The notes under the pieces are model-generated. The model saw only the letters and a program-made list of their open reading frames with translations. It did not search any database and had not been told where the DNA came from. The position numbers and the translations under genes were made by a program. A DNA stretch of 63,981 nucleotides, the filler included, from an uncultured bacterium (GTDB taxonomy: Bacteria > CAYJOG01): the NCBI GenBank assembly GCA_964371695.1. It is 5 parts of 5 records of this genome, joined end to end, with 100 filler letters (N's around TTAATTAATTAA, not from the genome) between each part and the next. Parts side by side here need not be neighbours in the genome. Positions count along the whole stretch, not along the records: positions 39,750 to 52,388 come from CAYJOG010000036.1; positions 52,489 to 63,981 come from CAYJOG010000046.1; 3 more parts are not named here. The stretch is one strand, 5' to 3'. Shown piece after piece: positions 48,697-58,221 of this stretch; the stretch's first letter is position 1, and every line of letters begins with the position of its first letter.

Positions 48697-49193
48697 GGTT
48701 TTTCCTCCAGAAGGCGGCGGGCTTCGTCCATCTGTTTCTGAAGAGGGCCGTCCACGGGCGGCGGGGTGCTTTCCGGGGATTGGGCCACCACTGCCGCCAC
48801 CGCCAGCCTTTGTTTTTTGCGGAACTGGCTGAGCACCAGACCCGCCCCGCCCAGCAACATCACCAGCGGACCAAACCACAGGGGCCAGTTGGTGGGTTTG
48901 TTTTCAGGCTCCATCAACACAAACTCGCCATAACTGGCTACAAAAAACCGTTTGATTTCTGCGTCTGTTTTGCCCTCTGCCACCATGCGCCGCACCTGCC
49001 TGCGCATGGCCTTGGCCACCTGCGACTGGCTGTCGGCGATGGACTCGCTCTGGCACATCACGCAGCGCAGGCCATATTCCAGCCGCCGGGCGCGTTCATC
49101 CTGATGGTTGCTCAAGGCCGGATTTTTGGCCGCAAACGCCAGACCGCCCCACAGCATCGACAACATCAAAACCATGGCGAGCCAAAACCTCAC
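48693..49193 (-). CDS. ccmH: Cytochrome c biogenesis protein CcmH
   Basis: LRCVMCQSESIADS, YGEFVLMEP, LWFGP. Confidence 0.93.
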   Translation of the reverse strand: MRFWLAMVLMLSMLWGGLAFAAKNPALSNHQDERARRLEYGLRCVMCQSESIADSQSQVAKAMRRQVRRMVAEGKTDAEIKRFFVASYGEFVLMEPENKPTNWPLWFGPLVMLLGGAGLVLSQFRKKQRLAVAAVVAQSPESTPPPVDGPLQKQMDEARRLLEEKP

Positions 49194-49211
49194 CGGCCCA
49201 CCTGACAACAC

Positions 49212-49467
49212 AGATTCCAATTCAAAAAAAACAGAATTGGAATCTTTTAATTGGCCTTGCCATTCGTCGTGAATAGCTGCGGCCCGGCGCTGCGCAGGCA
49301 AAGCCAGCTTGCGCCGCAAACGCCTGCGGCCCTTTCCGGGCCTCGGCGTTTGAGTCGAATTCATCCATGAATTCATACCAATTCTTTTCCTCTCTTTCGT
49401 TTTTTCCTCTTGGGCTGACAGCCCACACTGCACATGGTTTAACACTATCTCGGTTTAGAATTGGTAT
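49212..49467 (-). mobile_element. Family B structured repeat inside the ccm operon
   Basis: ATACCAATTC...GAATTGGTAT-bounded 93-bp unit followed by GAATTCATGGATGAATTC and hairpins; homologous to 58222-58432 and 60222-60480. Confidence 0.75.
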
Positions 49468-50002
49468 GGCACATGGCCCCCTGTTTGTCCAGGTTGATGT
49501 CCATGGCCACCGACGGATAAGTGAGCGGCCCGGTGTATTTGCGGATCACCAGACCTTTGGGGTTAATCAAAAAACTTTCTGGCGTGCCCACCACGCCATA
49601 TTTCAGCGACACCAGGGCGTCTTCATCCACCAGCGTGGGAGACACCTTGCCTTCCTGTTTTTCGATGCGCAGGGCGTCAGCCGGTTTGTCCTGAAACAAC
49701 ACCCCCACCATTTGAAAATCCTTGACCGGCGGTTGGGTGGAAAGCCGCAGGAGATGGGGATGTTCCACCTTGCAGGTGGCGCACCAACTGGCCCAGAAGT
49801 TCACCAGTTTGTAACCCCTGGCCCTGGGGCGCAGGGTGGCTCTGGCGTCGGAAAGTCCCTTGCCCGAAAAAGCCGGTGCGGGTTTGCACAACAGGGGGCT
49901 GGGCACGGCGCGGGGGTCGCGGCCTCCGCTCATGCCCCAGATGAACACATAAAGCAAGCCCGCCACCAGCAGACCCGCAGCACCGCGCAACGCCCATTTC
50001 AT
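49445..50002 (-). CDS. ccmG: Thiol:disulfide interchange protein CcmG/DsbE
   Basis: LVNFWASWCATC, YGVVGTPESFLI; N-terminal TM anchor. Confidence 0.9.
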   Translation of the reverse strand: MKWALRGAAGLLVAGLLYVFIWGMSGGRDPRAVPSPLLCKPAPAFSGKGLSDARATLRPRARGYKLVNFWASWCATCKVEHPHLLRLSTQPPVKDFQMVGVLFQDKPADALRIEKQEGKVSPTLVDEDALVSLKYGVVGTPESFLINPKGLVIRKYTGPLTYPSVAMDINLDKQGAMCHTNSKPR

Positions 50003-50021
50003 GGCCTTTCCTCCTTGTGCA

Positions 50022-52037
50022 TCATGCCTTCACCACCAAGGGATCCACGGGTGGTTTTTCACGGTGGGCCAGACTGAGCAGCGCCCCCAGAATCACCACC
50101 ACCGCCCCCCGGCCGTCTTCGTCCACCTCGGCCAGCACGGAATAAAGGTCTTCGCGCAACGTGGACACAATGCTGGCTTCGGTGGTGGGCATCAGGCCTT
50201 CGCCATATTCGCGTTTCTGCGGAATCAGCCGGGCAAAGGGCGCGCCGTGGCGATAAACGTCCAGCGTGGCCTGGGTGGCGGTGTAATTGGGGCCCTTCAC
50301 GGGTTTCAACCCCTTGAACACCACGTGATAACCGTGGGTGAAAAAATGGTCGCCGGAGCGCAGGTGATAATCCGCCTCGGTCTTGAGCGACACACTGGCC
50401 ACGATGGCCAGGGCATAAAACAGAATGCCCAGGTGAATGATGAGACCGCCGTATTTTCGCCGGTTGGCGCCCGTGCGACGGTTCAGCACCGCCACCGACA
50501 AGCGGCCTTTTTGCCGCGCCGCCCACACAAACTCCTGACCCACCCCACCCAGGCAAAAAGCGATGGCAAACCCGGCCAGCGCGCCGCCCGGCGAGGGGCC
50601 CAAACCCACCACGGCCACCACCACACCCACCACCCCAACCAGCAGCGGCCAAAAAAAGTTGCGGCGGAAATAACCAGCCGTCATGCGCCGCCAGGGCAGC
50701 AGCGGCCCCGCGCCCATCAACACCAGCAGCCCCGCAAAAAGCGGCCCCAACACCTTGTTGAAATAAGGCGGCCCCACGCTGATTTTGAGATTGGGGTTGA
50801 TGGACTCCAACACCAGCGGATAGATGGTGCCGCCAAACACCGCCGCCGTGGCCACCACCATGAGCATGTTGTTGAACAGAATCGCCCCTTCACGACTCAG
50901 GGCGTTTTCCAGCTCCGTGGCGGTGTCGCGCAGGGCGGCGCTCTTGAGGTTGAGCAACAAAAAACTCAGCGCCATGACCACCGTGAGGAACCCCAGCAGA
51001 TAAACTCCCCGCTGCGGGTCCGCCGCAAAGGAATGTACGCTGGTGAGTACGCCGCTGCGTACCAAAAAGGTGCCGAACAGGCAGCCGCCATAGGTCAGGA
51101 TGCACAGCCCCAGCGTCCACATCTGAAACGTGCGGCGCTTTTGCTGCACCATCATGCTGTGCAGAAAAGCCGTGCCCAGCAGCCAGGGCAAAAAGCTGGC
51201 GTTCTCCACAGGGTCCCACCCCCACCAGCCGCCCCAGCCCAGCTCGCGATAGGCCCAGAAAGCCCCCAGGGTGATGCCCGTGGTGAGAAACAACCACGCC
51301 AGCAGCGCCCAGCGGCGCACGGTGAACAACCACAACCCGTCCATACGCCCACTCAGCAACCCCGCCATGGCAAAAGAAAACGGCACCGTGAACCCCACAT
51401 AACCCAGGTAAAGCATGGGGGGGTGAATGACCATGCCGGGGTCCTGCAACAACGGGTTGAGGTTGCTGCCCTCTGAGACAAACACGTTGGCCAGATTTTT
51501 AAGCCCCACCGCCATGTCTCGCACCGCCATCTGGTTCAGCCCCACCGCGCCATCGCCCGGAAAGATCGGGTCAAACGGATTGGAGAAAAAAATCAGAAGC
51601 CCCATGAAAAACGCCAGCAGCCCCAACTGAATGCCCACCACCAGAGCGATCTCCGCCGCGTGCCGCCGCCGGTTGAGCCAGGTGCTGAGCGCCGCAAACA
51701 CACTCAGCAGCCACGCCCACAACAGGAGCGAACCTTCGTGGCCGCCCCACAGCGCGGCGGCGGTATAAAACGGCGGCAGGGCTGAGTTGGAATGATCGAA
51801 CACATAACGCAGGCTGAAATCCCTCGCAAAAAAAGCCGACTCCAGTGCCCCCATGGACAGGGTGAGGCAAAAAGCGCACAACAGGGCCACCGTCACGCTG
51901 AGCCTCCCCAGGCCCGTATCCCGGCGGACCAGAGAAAGCGCCGTCAAGCACAGCCCCACCACACACAAACCCAGACACACCGACAGCGACGAACGCCCCA
52001 ACTGGGCCACGAGTGGCGACCAGGCGCTCACACCCAC
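50022..52037 (-). CDS. ccmF: Heme lyase CcmF
   Basis: WGGHEGSLLLW, HPPMLYLGY, WAYRELGWGGWWGWDPVEN, LVRSGVLTSVHSF. Confidence 0.96.
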   Translation of the reverse strand: MGVSAWSPLVAQLGRSSLSVCLGLCVVGLCLTALSLVRRDTGLGRLSVTVALLCAFCLTLSMGALESAFFARDFSLRYVFDHSNSALPPFYTAAALWGGHEGSLLLWAWLLSVFAALSTWLNRRRHAAEIALVVGIQLGLLAFFMGLLIFFSNPFDPIFPGDGAVGLNQMAVRDMAVGLKNLANVFVSEGSNLNPLLQDPGMVIHPPMLYLGYVGFTVPFSFAMAGLLSGRMDGLWLFTVRRWALLAWLFLTTGITLGAFWAYRELGWGGWWGWDPVENASFLPWLLGTAFLHSMMVQQKRRTFQMWTLGLCILTYGGCLFGTFLVRSGVLTSVHSFAADPQRGVYLLGFLTVVMALSFLLLNLKSAALRDTATELENALSREGAILFNNMLMVVATAAVFGGTIYPLVLESINPNLKISVGPPYFNKVLGPLFAGLLVLMGAGPLLPWRRMTAGYFRRNFFWPLLVGVVGVVVAVVGLGPSPGGALAGFAIAFCLGGVGQEFVWAARQKGRLSVAVLNRRTGANRRKYGGLIIHLGILFYALAIVASVSLKTEADYHLRSGDHFFTHGYHVVFKGLKPVKGPNYTATQATLDVYRHGAPFARLIPQKREYGEGLMPTTEASIVSTLREDLYSVLAEVDEDGRGAVVVILGALLSLAHREKPPVDPLVVKA

Positions 52038-52388
52038 GACCCGGCTGTTGCAATCCTGTCCAGCACTGCCTGCCTGCCCACCAAGCGCAGGGTGAGAAAC
52101 AGGGGTGGGCTTTCCAGCCGTCCTGTCACCGCTACCCGCAGCAACTGGAACACCCGCTTGGGTTTTTCACCCGACTTCTCCACCATGTCCCGTAGGGCCT
52201 GCTCCACCGTCTGTTCATCGTTCAGGTCCAGATTTTCCAACACCCCGCGCAAGGCTTGCAAAATCGCCCCGGCCCCGTCCTTCTCCAGTTCCTTTTGGGC
52301 CTTCTGGTCCAGGTTTTCCTTGCTGGGAGATTCATAAAAATAACGGGCCAGATCGGGCAGTTCGGGCAACAGACGCACACGCTCCCAC
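52028..52388 (-). CDS. gltX: Glutamate--tRNA ligase, C-terminal anticodon-binding fragment
   Basis: ERVRLLPEL...VFQLLRVAVTGRLESPPLF..LRLVGR..VLDRI; cut by contig end. Confidence 0.85.
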
Positions 52389-52488
52389 NNNNNNNNNNNN
52401 NNNNNNNNNNNNNNNNNNNNNNNNNNNNNNNNTTAATTAATTAANNNNNNNNNNNNNNNNNNNNNNNNNNNNNNNNNNNNNNNNNNNN
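52389..52488. other. Artificial contig-join linker
   Basis: N-run/TTAATTAATTAA/N-run. Confidence 0.98.
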
Positions 52489-52630
52489 TGGCGCGGTTGA
52501 TGCTCCCGGCGGGACGCCGGGGCTACCTCAAAAAACCCCTGATTTCTCGCCCTTTTGGGGCGTCGCCGCTACTCAAAGGTGCTTCGGCGGTGGGGACACC
52601 GCCGCTACTCCCGCCGGGTTAACCGCAGCG
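52489..52630. repeat. Partial family D / GTAG-REP cluster at contig start
   Basis: Reverse complement of TCAGGGGTTTTTTGAGGTAGCCCCGGCGTCCCGCCGGGAG plus two CGCCGCTACTC motifs. Confidence 0.75.
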
Positions 52631-52663
52631 GAAAAAGAAGAAGGCAATGGTTTTTTGTTTCAA

Positions 52664-52691
52664 CTGGATTCCCGCTTTCGCGGGAATGACG
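52664..52691. repeat. CGTC-type REP (dRS3-like) palindrome
   Basis: CTGGATTCCCGCTTTCGCGGGAATGACG. Confidence 0.7.
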
Positions 52692-52739
52692 CCGGAGGGC
52701 GCAGGGCTTTTTCCATTTCCATCCTCCAACTTCCTCTTT

Positions 52740-55700
52740 TCACGGCGTGACGTAGCGGTTGCTCACCAGCACCAGCGTGGGCTGGTGGCCCATGGCGCCG
52801 ATTTTGTCGAGGATGTCGTTGCGCTTGAGCAGGTCTTCGGGCAGCGGCGCGATGACGAGATAGAGCGTGCGGCCTTTTTCCATGCGGCTGCGGATGAGCG
52901 AGGGAATCTCCTTGGCCAGCAACTGATCCTGCACCTGGGCCGCCATGGCCTGTGTCTCGAAGGTGGCCACCAGGGCCACCACGCGGGGCGTGGTGTCCAT
53001 GGCCTTCACGGGGGCGCTGCGCTGGGTGCTCTGCACCAGCACATCCTGTGGGCGCGTGGCCACCAGGGCGTTGCGGTCGGTGTCGCGCAAAAGTTCGGAC
53101 TTGCTCTCGAAGGTGCTGAACAGGCTGCTTTCGCCATAGAGCCTGCCCCCCACCAGAATGCTGATGACCTTGCCCTGCACGCTCAGCCAGCATTCCCCGG
53201 CGTTGAAGCCCCGCGTGAGGCGGGTCTCGCCCAGTTGGGCCAGCAGGCGGGTGAGTTCCCCCACCTTCACCAGATTGGTGGCGTCCATGGGTTTGCTGTA
53301 TTCAAAAAGAATGCGGTCGTTTTTGGTGATGAGGCCGTTCTGGTCGAGATCCATGTAGCGCAGCGCCACCAGCACGGGGGGCACGTCGCGGGCATAGTCG
53401 CCCTGCACCAGCGCGTCGGCGCCTTCTGCGTTCAGGTTGCCGCCCGTGTCTTTCACCACTTCGCCCCGCAGGGTGAACTTTCCCCTTGGCGCGGCGCTGC
53501 CGGGGGCGCTTTCGGTCACTTCCAGTTTCAGACCCAGGGCGTTTTTTTCGGCCTTCACGCGGGCCTGCTCAAAGCCGCCGGGGCTTGAGAAATATCCCAC
53601 CTTCGCCAGCACTTCCTTCACGGTGCCTTCGGCGGGCACGTCTGCCAGCCAGGTGACTTCTTCGGTGAAATCAAAAAACACCAGGTCGCCCTTGCCGGGG
53701 CCGAACTGGCCGTCTTTGTCTTGCAGCACCACCCGTTTGAGTTTGGGGGGCACGGCGTCTTTGAAACTGCCGCGCACGGGGGCGGGCACGGGGTCGGTCA
53801 GGGTGTTGCCCGCGTCGTCGTCCACGCTGCCGGTTTTGGGAATGAAATGTTGGGGGGTGTCCACGATTTCTTTGGTGTCTTCCTTGAGCAGCACATACAC
53901 CTCGTTGCGCTGCACCAGGGCCTGTGCCCTGGCGGCCAGCGCGGCGGGCGAAAGGCCGGGAAACTCACCCAGCAGCGCCAGAATCTCACCCAGGGGCGCG
54001 GTGCGGGCGATGGCCTTGCTCTTGGCGCCGGTGAGGGGTTCGGAGTATTCCAGCAACAGGGCGTCGCCCTGGCCCAGATCAGGCCGCTGGTTGCCGTCCA
54101 GCAGCGTGACGGACTTGAGTCGGGGGGCGGACTGGTCGTCAAAAGAGCCTTCCACCGGCGCGCCGCCCTCGGTGGCCAGCAGGTTGCGGGCTGCGTCGGC
54201 AAAACTGGTGCGCACGGGGGTGAACTGGCCCTTGGGCGGCTCGGCCATGGCGGGCATGTCGGCAAAGGTCACCACCAGATCATTGCCCCGCATCGCGAGC
54301 GTCACCGCGCCCTCCATGGGGCCCCCAGCGTCGAACTTGCCGATGTAGCGGGTGAACTGGGGCCAGTTCAGGCGGGTTTCGGGCACCAGCAGGCGCACCG
54401 GCTCGTTGAACCGCAGCACCATGCGGTCGCCGGGGCCGATGCCTTTTTGCCGGTCGCCGTCCCGCAGATATACCATCTCCAGCATGGGGGCGCTGCTGTC
54501 GGCCAAGTTGCCCTCTACCAGCACCGAGGCGGTGAGGACAAGGGTGTTGCCCACGGCGTCGCGCACCAGTCCCGGCAGGGGGGTGAAACGCCGGGGCGGC
54601 TCCATGGCGCTGAAGCTGGCTTTGGGCGCGGTGAAGCGCCCCGCCGCCAGCAGCGTGAGTTGCACCTGGCTGCTGCTCAGTGTGAGTTCCGAGGAGGGCG
54701 CGCTCAGCACCGCGCCTTCGGCAAACTGACCCAGCGCCCGCAGCACCGACTCGGCGGAGGTGCCTTTGGGGGGCACGGCGGCCAGTTTCACCGGCTCTGA
54801 AAAAACAAACGTCAGGTGGTCACCGGGGCCGATGCCCGCCGCGCCATCGCCGTCTTTCATCAACACCCGCAGCAGGCGCGGGGCCACGCTGTCGTTCACG
54901 GTGCCTTCGGGGGTGACGGGCGAAACATCTTTGAGCAGGTTGCCCGCTTCGTCGGTGAAGGCCCCCGCTTTGGGCAGAAATCCCCCGCCAAAAGCCATGG
55001 CCGGTTCGCCGCCAATCTGTTTGAGGGTGAGGCTTTTGCTCAGCCAGCCCACTGACACGGTGAAGCGGTCGGTTCCGGTTTCGGTCTCGAACTGCCCCAG
55101 CACTTCCAGGGCGTTTTTCAGCGTCATTTCTTCTTTGAGTTTTTCCCGGTTGGCGTCGTTGTCCACGGCCTCGGAGAACACAAACTGGATGAAGTCGCCG
55201 GTGCCGAAACCCTGGGCGGCGTCGTTGTCCTTGAGTCGCACCGAAACCAGACGCGGCGCGGTGACGTCGTCCAGCGAGCCTTCCAGCACCGCTTTGGCGG
55301 CAGAGGCGTGGTTGCCCGCCATGTCGGTGAGCGAAGGGGCCGCGCTGATTTTGCCCGCCGGGGCCTGGGCGTTTTCGCTCACCGCCCCCTGTGCCAGCGT
55401 GATGACGATTTGTGCGCCCTGCACCGACCACTGGCAGTCGCCGCCGGTGAGGTTGCCCTGCTCGAACAGCGCCACCGCCCGCTGCACCGCGCCGCAGGGG
55501 CCAAGGCCGCCGGGGGTGAGGCCGGGGGCCTTCACCGGCTCGCTGAACACAAACACCAGCCGGTCGCCCGCGCCCACGCCCCGCTGGCCGTCCACGCCCT
55601 TCAGCACCACCTTGAGCAACTGGGGGGCGGTGGTGTCGCCAAAGTGCCCCATCACGGGCACGGTGTCGCGGGCATAAAGGGGGTTGCCCGCTTTGTCCCG

Positions 55701-58208
55701 CACAATGCCCAGGGCCGGTGTGAAGCGCCGGGGCGGCTTGCTGGCGTCAAAGGCGGCCTTGGGGTGATAAAGCGTGCCGGGGGTGAGAAAGGTGATGAGG
55801 ATTTCAGAGCCGCTCACGGTGAGGTCGCTCTGGGACACGCGGATTTCCGCGCCCCCTTCCAAGACCCCCAGGCCCCGCAGCAGGTTCATCACCGGCAGGC
55901 GGGGGGGCAGGGGCGAAAGGGAAATGGCCTCGTTGAACACCAGCGCCAGGGCGTCGGATACACCCAGGCCCTTCTGGCTGTCGTGGTTGCGCAGCTCCAC
56001 CCGCAGCAGGCGCGGGGGGGTCTGGTCGTTCACGCTGCCCAGCACCTTCACCGGATTTCTGGCGGCGAGGGTGTTGCCGGAAACATCGGTGATTTCTCCT
56101 GCCAGCGGCGTGAATGGCCCCGTCATGGCAGGAATGGTTGGCCCCCCGGCGTGGGTGAGCACCACCACGCGCCCCGATACCCGCGCCGAAATGGGGGCGG
56201 ATTCGGTCTGGGACTGCTGGGCAAAACGCCCCAACACCGCCAGAGCCTGCGAGAGAGTGGCCGCCCCCGTCAGTTTGTCGCGGTTGGTTTCGTTTTTGAC
56301 AGATTCGGAAAAACGAAAGCGTATCTCATCCCCTTTGCCAAAACCCGCCTGCTGGTCGGTGTCCTTGAGGGTGACTTCTTCGAGACGCGGGGGCGTGGTG
56401 TCGTTGAAGGTGCCGGTGATTTTCACGGTGTCGTCTGCCGTGGGGACATTGCCGGAGGCGTCCTTGAGTCCCCAGCCCGCTTTCACCGGCCCCTGGGGCA
56501 TGGCCCCTCCCTGGGTGACCGCCCCCTTGCCCAGGCGCAGGGTTACGGTGGGACCGGTCCACAGCAGGGTGCAGTCGCCGCCGGTGAGATTGCCCGATGC
56601 AAAATTCGCCACTGCCCCCAGCAGGGTGAGGCAGGGGCCTTGTTTGGCCACGCCGGGGGCCTTCACCGGCTCCGAAAAAACAAACCCGATTTCATCACCG
56701 GGGCCGGGGCCGGGGTTGTGACCGGTGTCCCGCAAACTCACCGACAACAGGCGGGGGGCCACCTGATCGTTGAAGTGGCCTTCCACCGGCGCGGGAGAGG
56801 TGTCCTTGAGTTTGTTGCCGCTTGCGTCCAGCACGCTGCCGGGCAGGGGGCTGACGCGGCCCTTGAGCGCGCCGCCGCTCACCTTGCCCCCCAACGTGAA
56901 CACCAGATTCAAACCCTGGGGCGACAGACTGCTTTCGGTGGCCTCCAGGGGCTGACCGGGGGGCAGGGTGATGAACTGGCCCAGCAGGGCGCGCAGGGGG
57001 CCCCGCAGTTTTTTGCGGCTGACAAAGGTGCTGTCCAGCGGCTCGCTGTAATGCAGGGTGAGGGTGTCTTTGGGTTGGGGCCCCGGCTGGCCCGCGGTGT
57101 CGCGCTGGCTCAGTCGCAGCAGGCGGGGGGCCATGGCGTCGTTGAAGGTGCCGGTGACGGGGGCGGGTTTTTCCTGCACGGGGCGTGTGCCGTCGGTGAG
57201 GTCCAGCACCGTGGCGCGGGGGGTGAACAGGCCCCCCGGCGGCTGGTTGCCGGTGGCCGGGCTGTCCAGCACCACCACCAGTTCACGGCCCATCTGGCGC
57301 AGCGTGGCCTTGGGGGCGCTCAGGTTGCCGGGCTGGGAGAAGGCCCCCAGCAGGCCCAGCAGTTCGGCCAGTGAGCCGGTTTCTGGTGTGGGGCCGTCGT
57401 CTTTTTTCACCGTGACGGGTTTGTTGAAAACAAAACGCAGGCTGTCGCCGGGGCCGGGGCCGGTCTGGCCATCGGCGTCGGTGAGCACTACCGAGAGCAA
57501 CTGGGGCGGGCGCAGGTTGTCAAAAGAGCCGCCCAGGGGAACAGGTGTGGTGTTGTCCACGCCCTGGCCGTCTTTGCCCACGGCAAACGTGGGCAGAGGC
57601 AGAAACGCACCGGCGGGTGTGTCGTTCTGGCGCACCACGCCCCCCAGCACCAGCACCACCCGCTCGCCGCGTTCATAAAGGGCGGCGCTGGTGGCCGAGA
57701 TGGGAAAGGCCGTGAACTGGCCCATGGCCGCCAGCAGTTCCTCGAGCGAGCCGCGCTGGGGCACGCCCTGGCTCAGGCGCACGGGCATGTTGAAGGTGAA
57801 CACCACGCGGTCGCCCGGCCCCGCGCCACTGGCGAGGTCTTCGTCTTCCATCGTCACGCTCAAAAGGCGCAGGGGGGGGACTTCCACCTCCACGCTGGTG
57901 ATGACGAACATGAATCGCTGGCGGTTGAGCAGCCCCTGGGCCTGCAACGCCTGGGCCTGACTGTTGAAGGTGCCCGCCGAGACCACAAAGGTGGTGGCGC
58001 CCTCGCCGGTGAGTTTGACCACCCGGGGGGAATAACCCAGGGCCTTCACCGAGCGGGCGAGGTCCTGCGCGACTTCTTCTTCCACCATGGCGAAACTTTC
58101 CACCGTGTAGCGGGTGAGGGTGGCGGCGCGGACGTGGATGGAAAGGAAAATCCCCAATAGACCCAGAAGGAACCCAAAAGGTCTGAACCATCGCGCCAGA
58201 ACCGGCAT
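52740..58208 (-). CDS. 1822-aa exported protein: SPOR-like, 13 tandem ~125-aa repeats, SPOR-like
   Basis: Signal peptide ending VRA; N-terminal YTVESFA...A..LA..VKALGY...FVVSAGTFNSQAQA and C-terminal LVATFETQAMA..VQDQL...LYLVI; 13 copies of xP(R/Q/K)L..V...D.....G...GD....F.F(S/N)EP. Confidence 0.85.
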   Translation of the reverse strand: MPVLARWFRPFGFLLGLLGIFLSIHVRAATLTRYTVESFAMVEEEVAQDLARSVKALGYSPRVVKLTGEGATTFVVSAGTFNSQAQALQAQGLLNRQRFMFVITSVEVEVPPLRLLSVTMEDEDLASGAGPGDRVVFTFNMPVRLSQGVPQRGSLEELLAAMGQFTAFPISATSAALYERGERVVLVLGGVVRQNDTPAGAFLPLPTFAVGKDGQGVDNTTPVPLGGSFDNLRPPQLLSVVLTDADGQTGPGPGDSLRFVFNKPVTVKKDDGPTPETGSLAELLGLLGAFSQPGNLSAPKATLRQMGRELVVVLDSPATGNQPPGGLFTPRATVLDLTDGTRPVQEKPAPVTGTFNDAMAPRLLRLSQRDTAGQPGPQPKDTLTLHYSEPLDSTFVSRKKLRGPLRALLGQFITLPPGQPLEATESSLSPQGLNLVFTLGGKVSGGALKGRVSPLPGSVLDASGNKLKDTSPAPVEGHFNDQVAPRLLSVSLRDTGHNPGPGPGDEIGFVFSEPVKAPGVAKQGPCLTLLGAVANFASGNLTGGDCTLLWTGPTVTLRLGKGAVTQGGAMPQGPVKAGWGLKDASGNVPTADDTVKITGTFNDTTPPRLEEVTLKDTDQQAGFGKGDEIRFRFSESVKNETNRDKLTGAATLSQALAVLGRFAQQSQTESAPISARVSGRVVVLTHAGGPTIPAMTGPFTPLAGEITDVSGNTLAARNPVKVLGSVNDQTPPRLLRVELRNHDSQKGLGVSDALALVFNEAISLSPLPPRLPVMNLLRGLGVLEGGAEIRVSQSDLTVSGSEILITFLTPGTLYHPKAAFDASKPPRRFTPALGIVRDKAGNPLYARDTVPVMGHFGDTTAPQLLKVVLKGVDGQRGVGAGDRLVFVFSEPVKAPGLTPGGLGPCGAVQRAVALFEQGNLTGGDCQWSVQGAQIVITLAQGAVSENAQAPAGKISAAPSLTDMAGNHASAAKAVLEGSLDDVTAPRLVSVRLKDNDAAQGFGTGDFIQFVFSEAVDNDANREKLKEEMTLKNALEVLGQFETETGTDRFTVSVGWLSKSLTLKQIGGEPAMAFGGGFLPKAGAFTDEAGNLLKDVSPVTPEGTVNDSVAPRLLRVLMKDGDGAAGIGPGDHLTFVFSEPVKLAAVPPKGTSAESVLRALGQFAEGAVLSAPSSELTLSSSQVQLTLLAAGRFTAPKASFSAMEPPRRFTPLPGLVRDAVGNTLVLTASVLVEGNLADSSAPMLEMVYLRDGDRQKGIGPGDRMVLRFNEPVRLLVPETRLNWPQFTRYIGKFDAGGPMEGAVTLAMRGNDLVVTFADMPAMAEPPKGQFTPVRTSFADAARNLLATEGGAPVEGSFDDQSAPRLKSVTLLDGNQRPDLGQGDALLLEYSEPLTGAKSKAIARTAPLGEILALLGEFPGLSPAALAARAQALVQRNEVYVLLKEDTKEIVDTPQHFIPKTGSVDDDAGNTLTDPVPAPVRGSFKDAVPPKLKRVVLQDKDGQFGPGKGDLVFFDFTEEVTWLADVPAEGTVKEVLAKVGYFSSPGGFEQARVKAEKNALGLKLEVTESAPGSAAPRGKFTLRGEVVKDTGGNLNAEGADALVQGDYARDVPPVLVALRYMDLDQNGLITKNDRILFEYSKPMDATNLVKVGELTRLLAQLGETRLTRGFNAGECWLSVQGKVISILVGGRLYGESSLFSTFESKSELLRDTDRNALVATRPQDVLVQSTQRSAPVKAMDTTPRVVALVATFETQAMAAQVQDQLLAKEIPSLIRSRMEKGRTLYLVIAPLPEDLLKRNDILDKIGAMGHQPTLVLVSNRYVTP

Positions 58209-58221
58209 AAGCGGTGATTTT

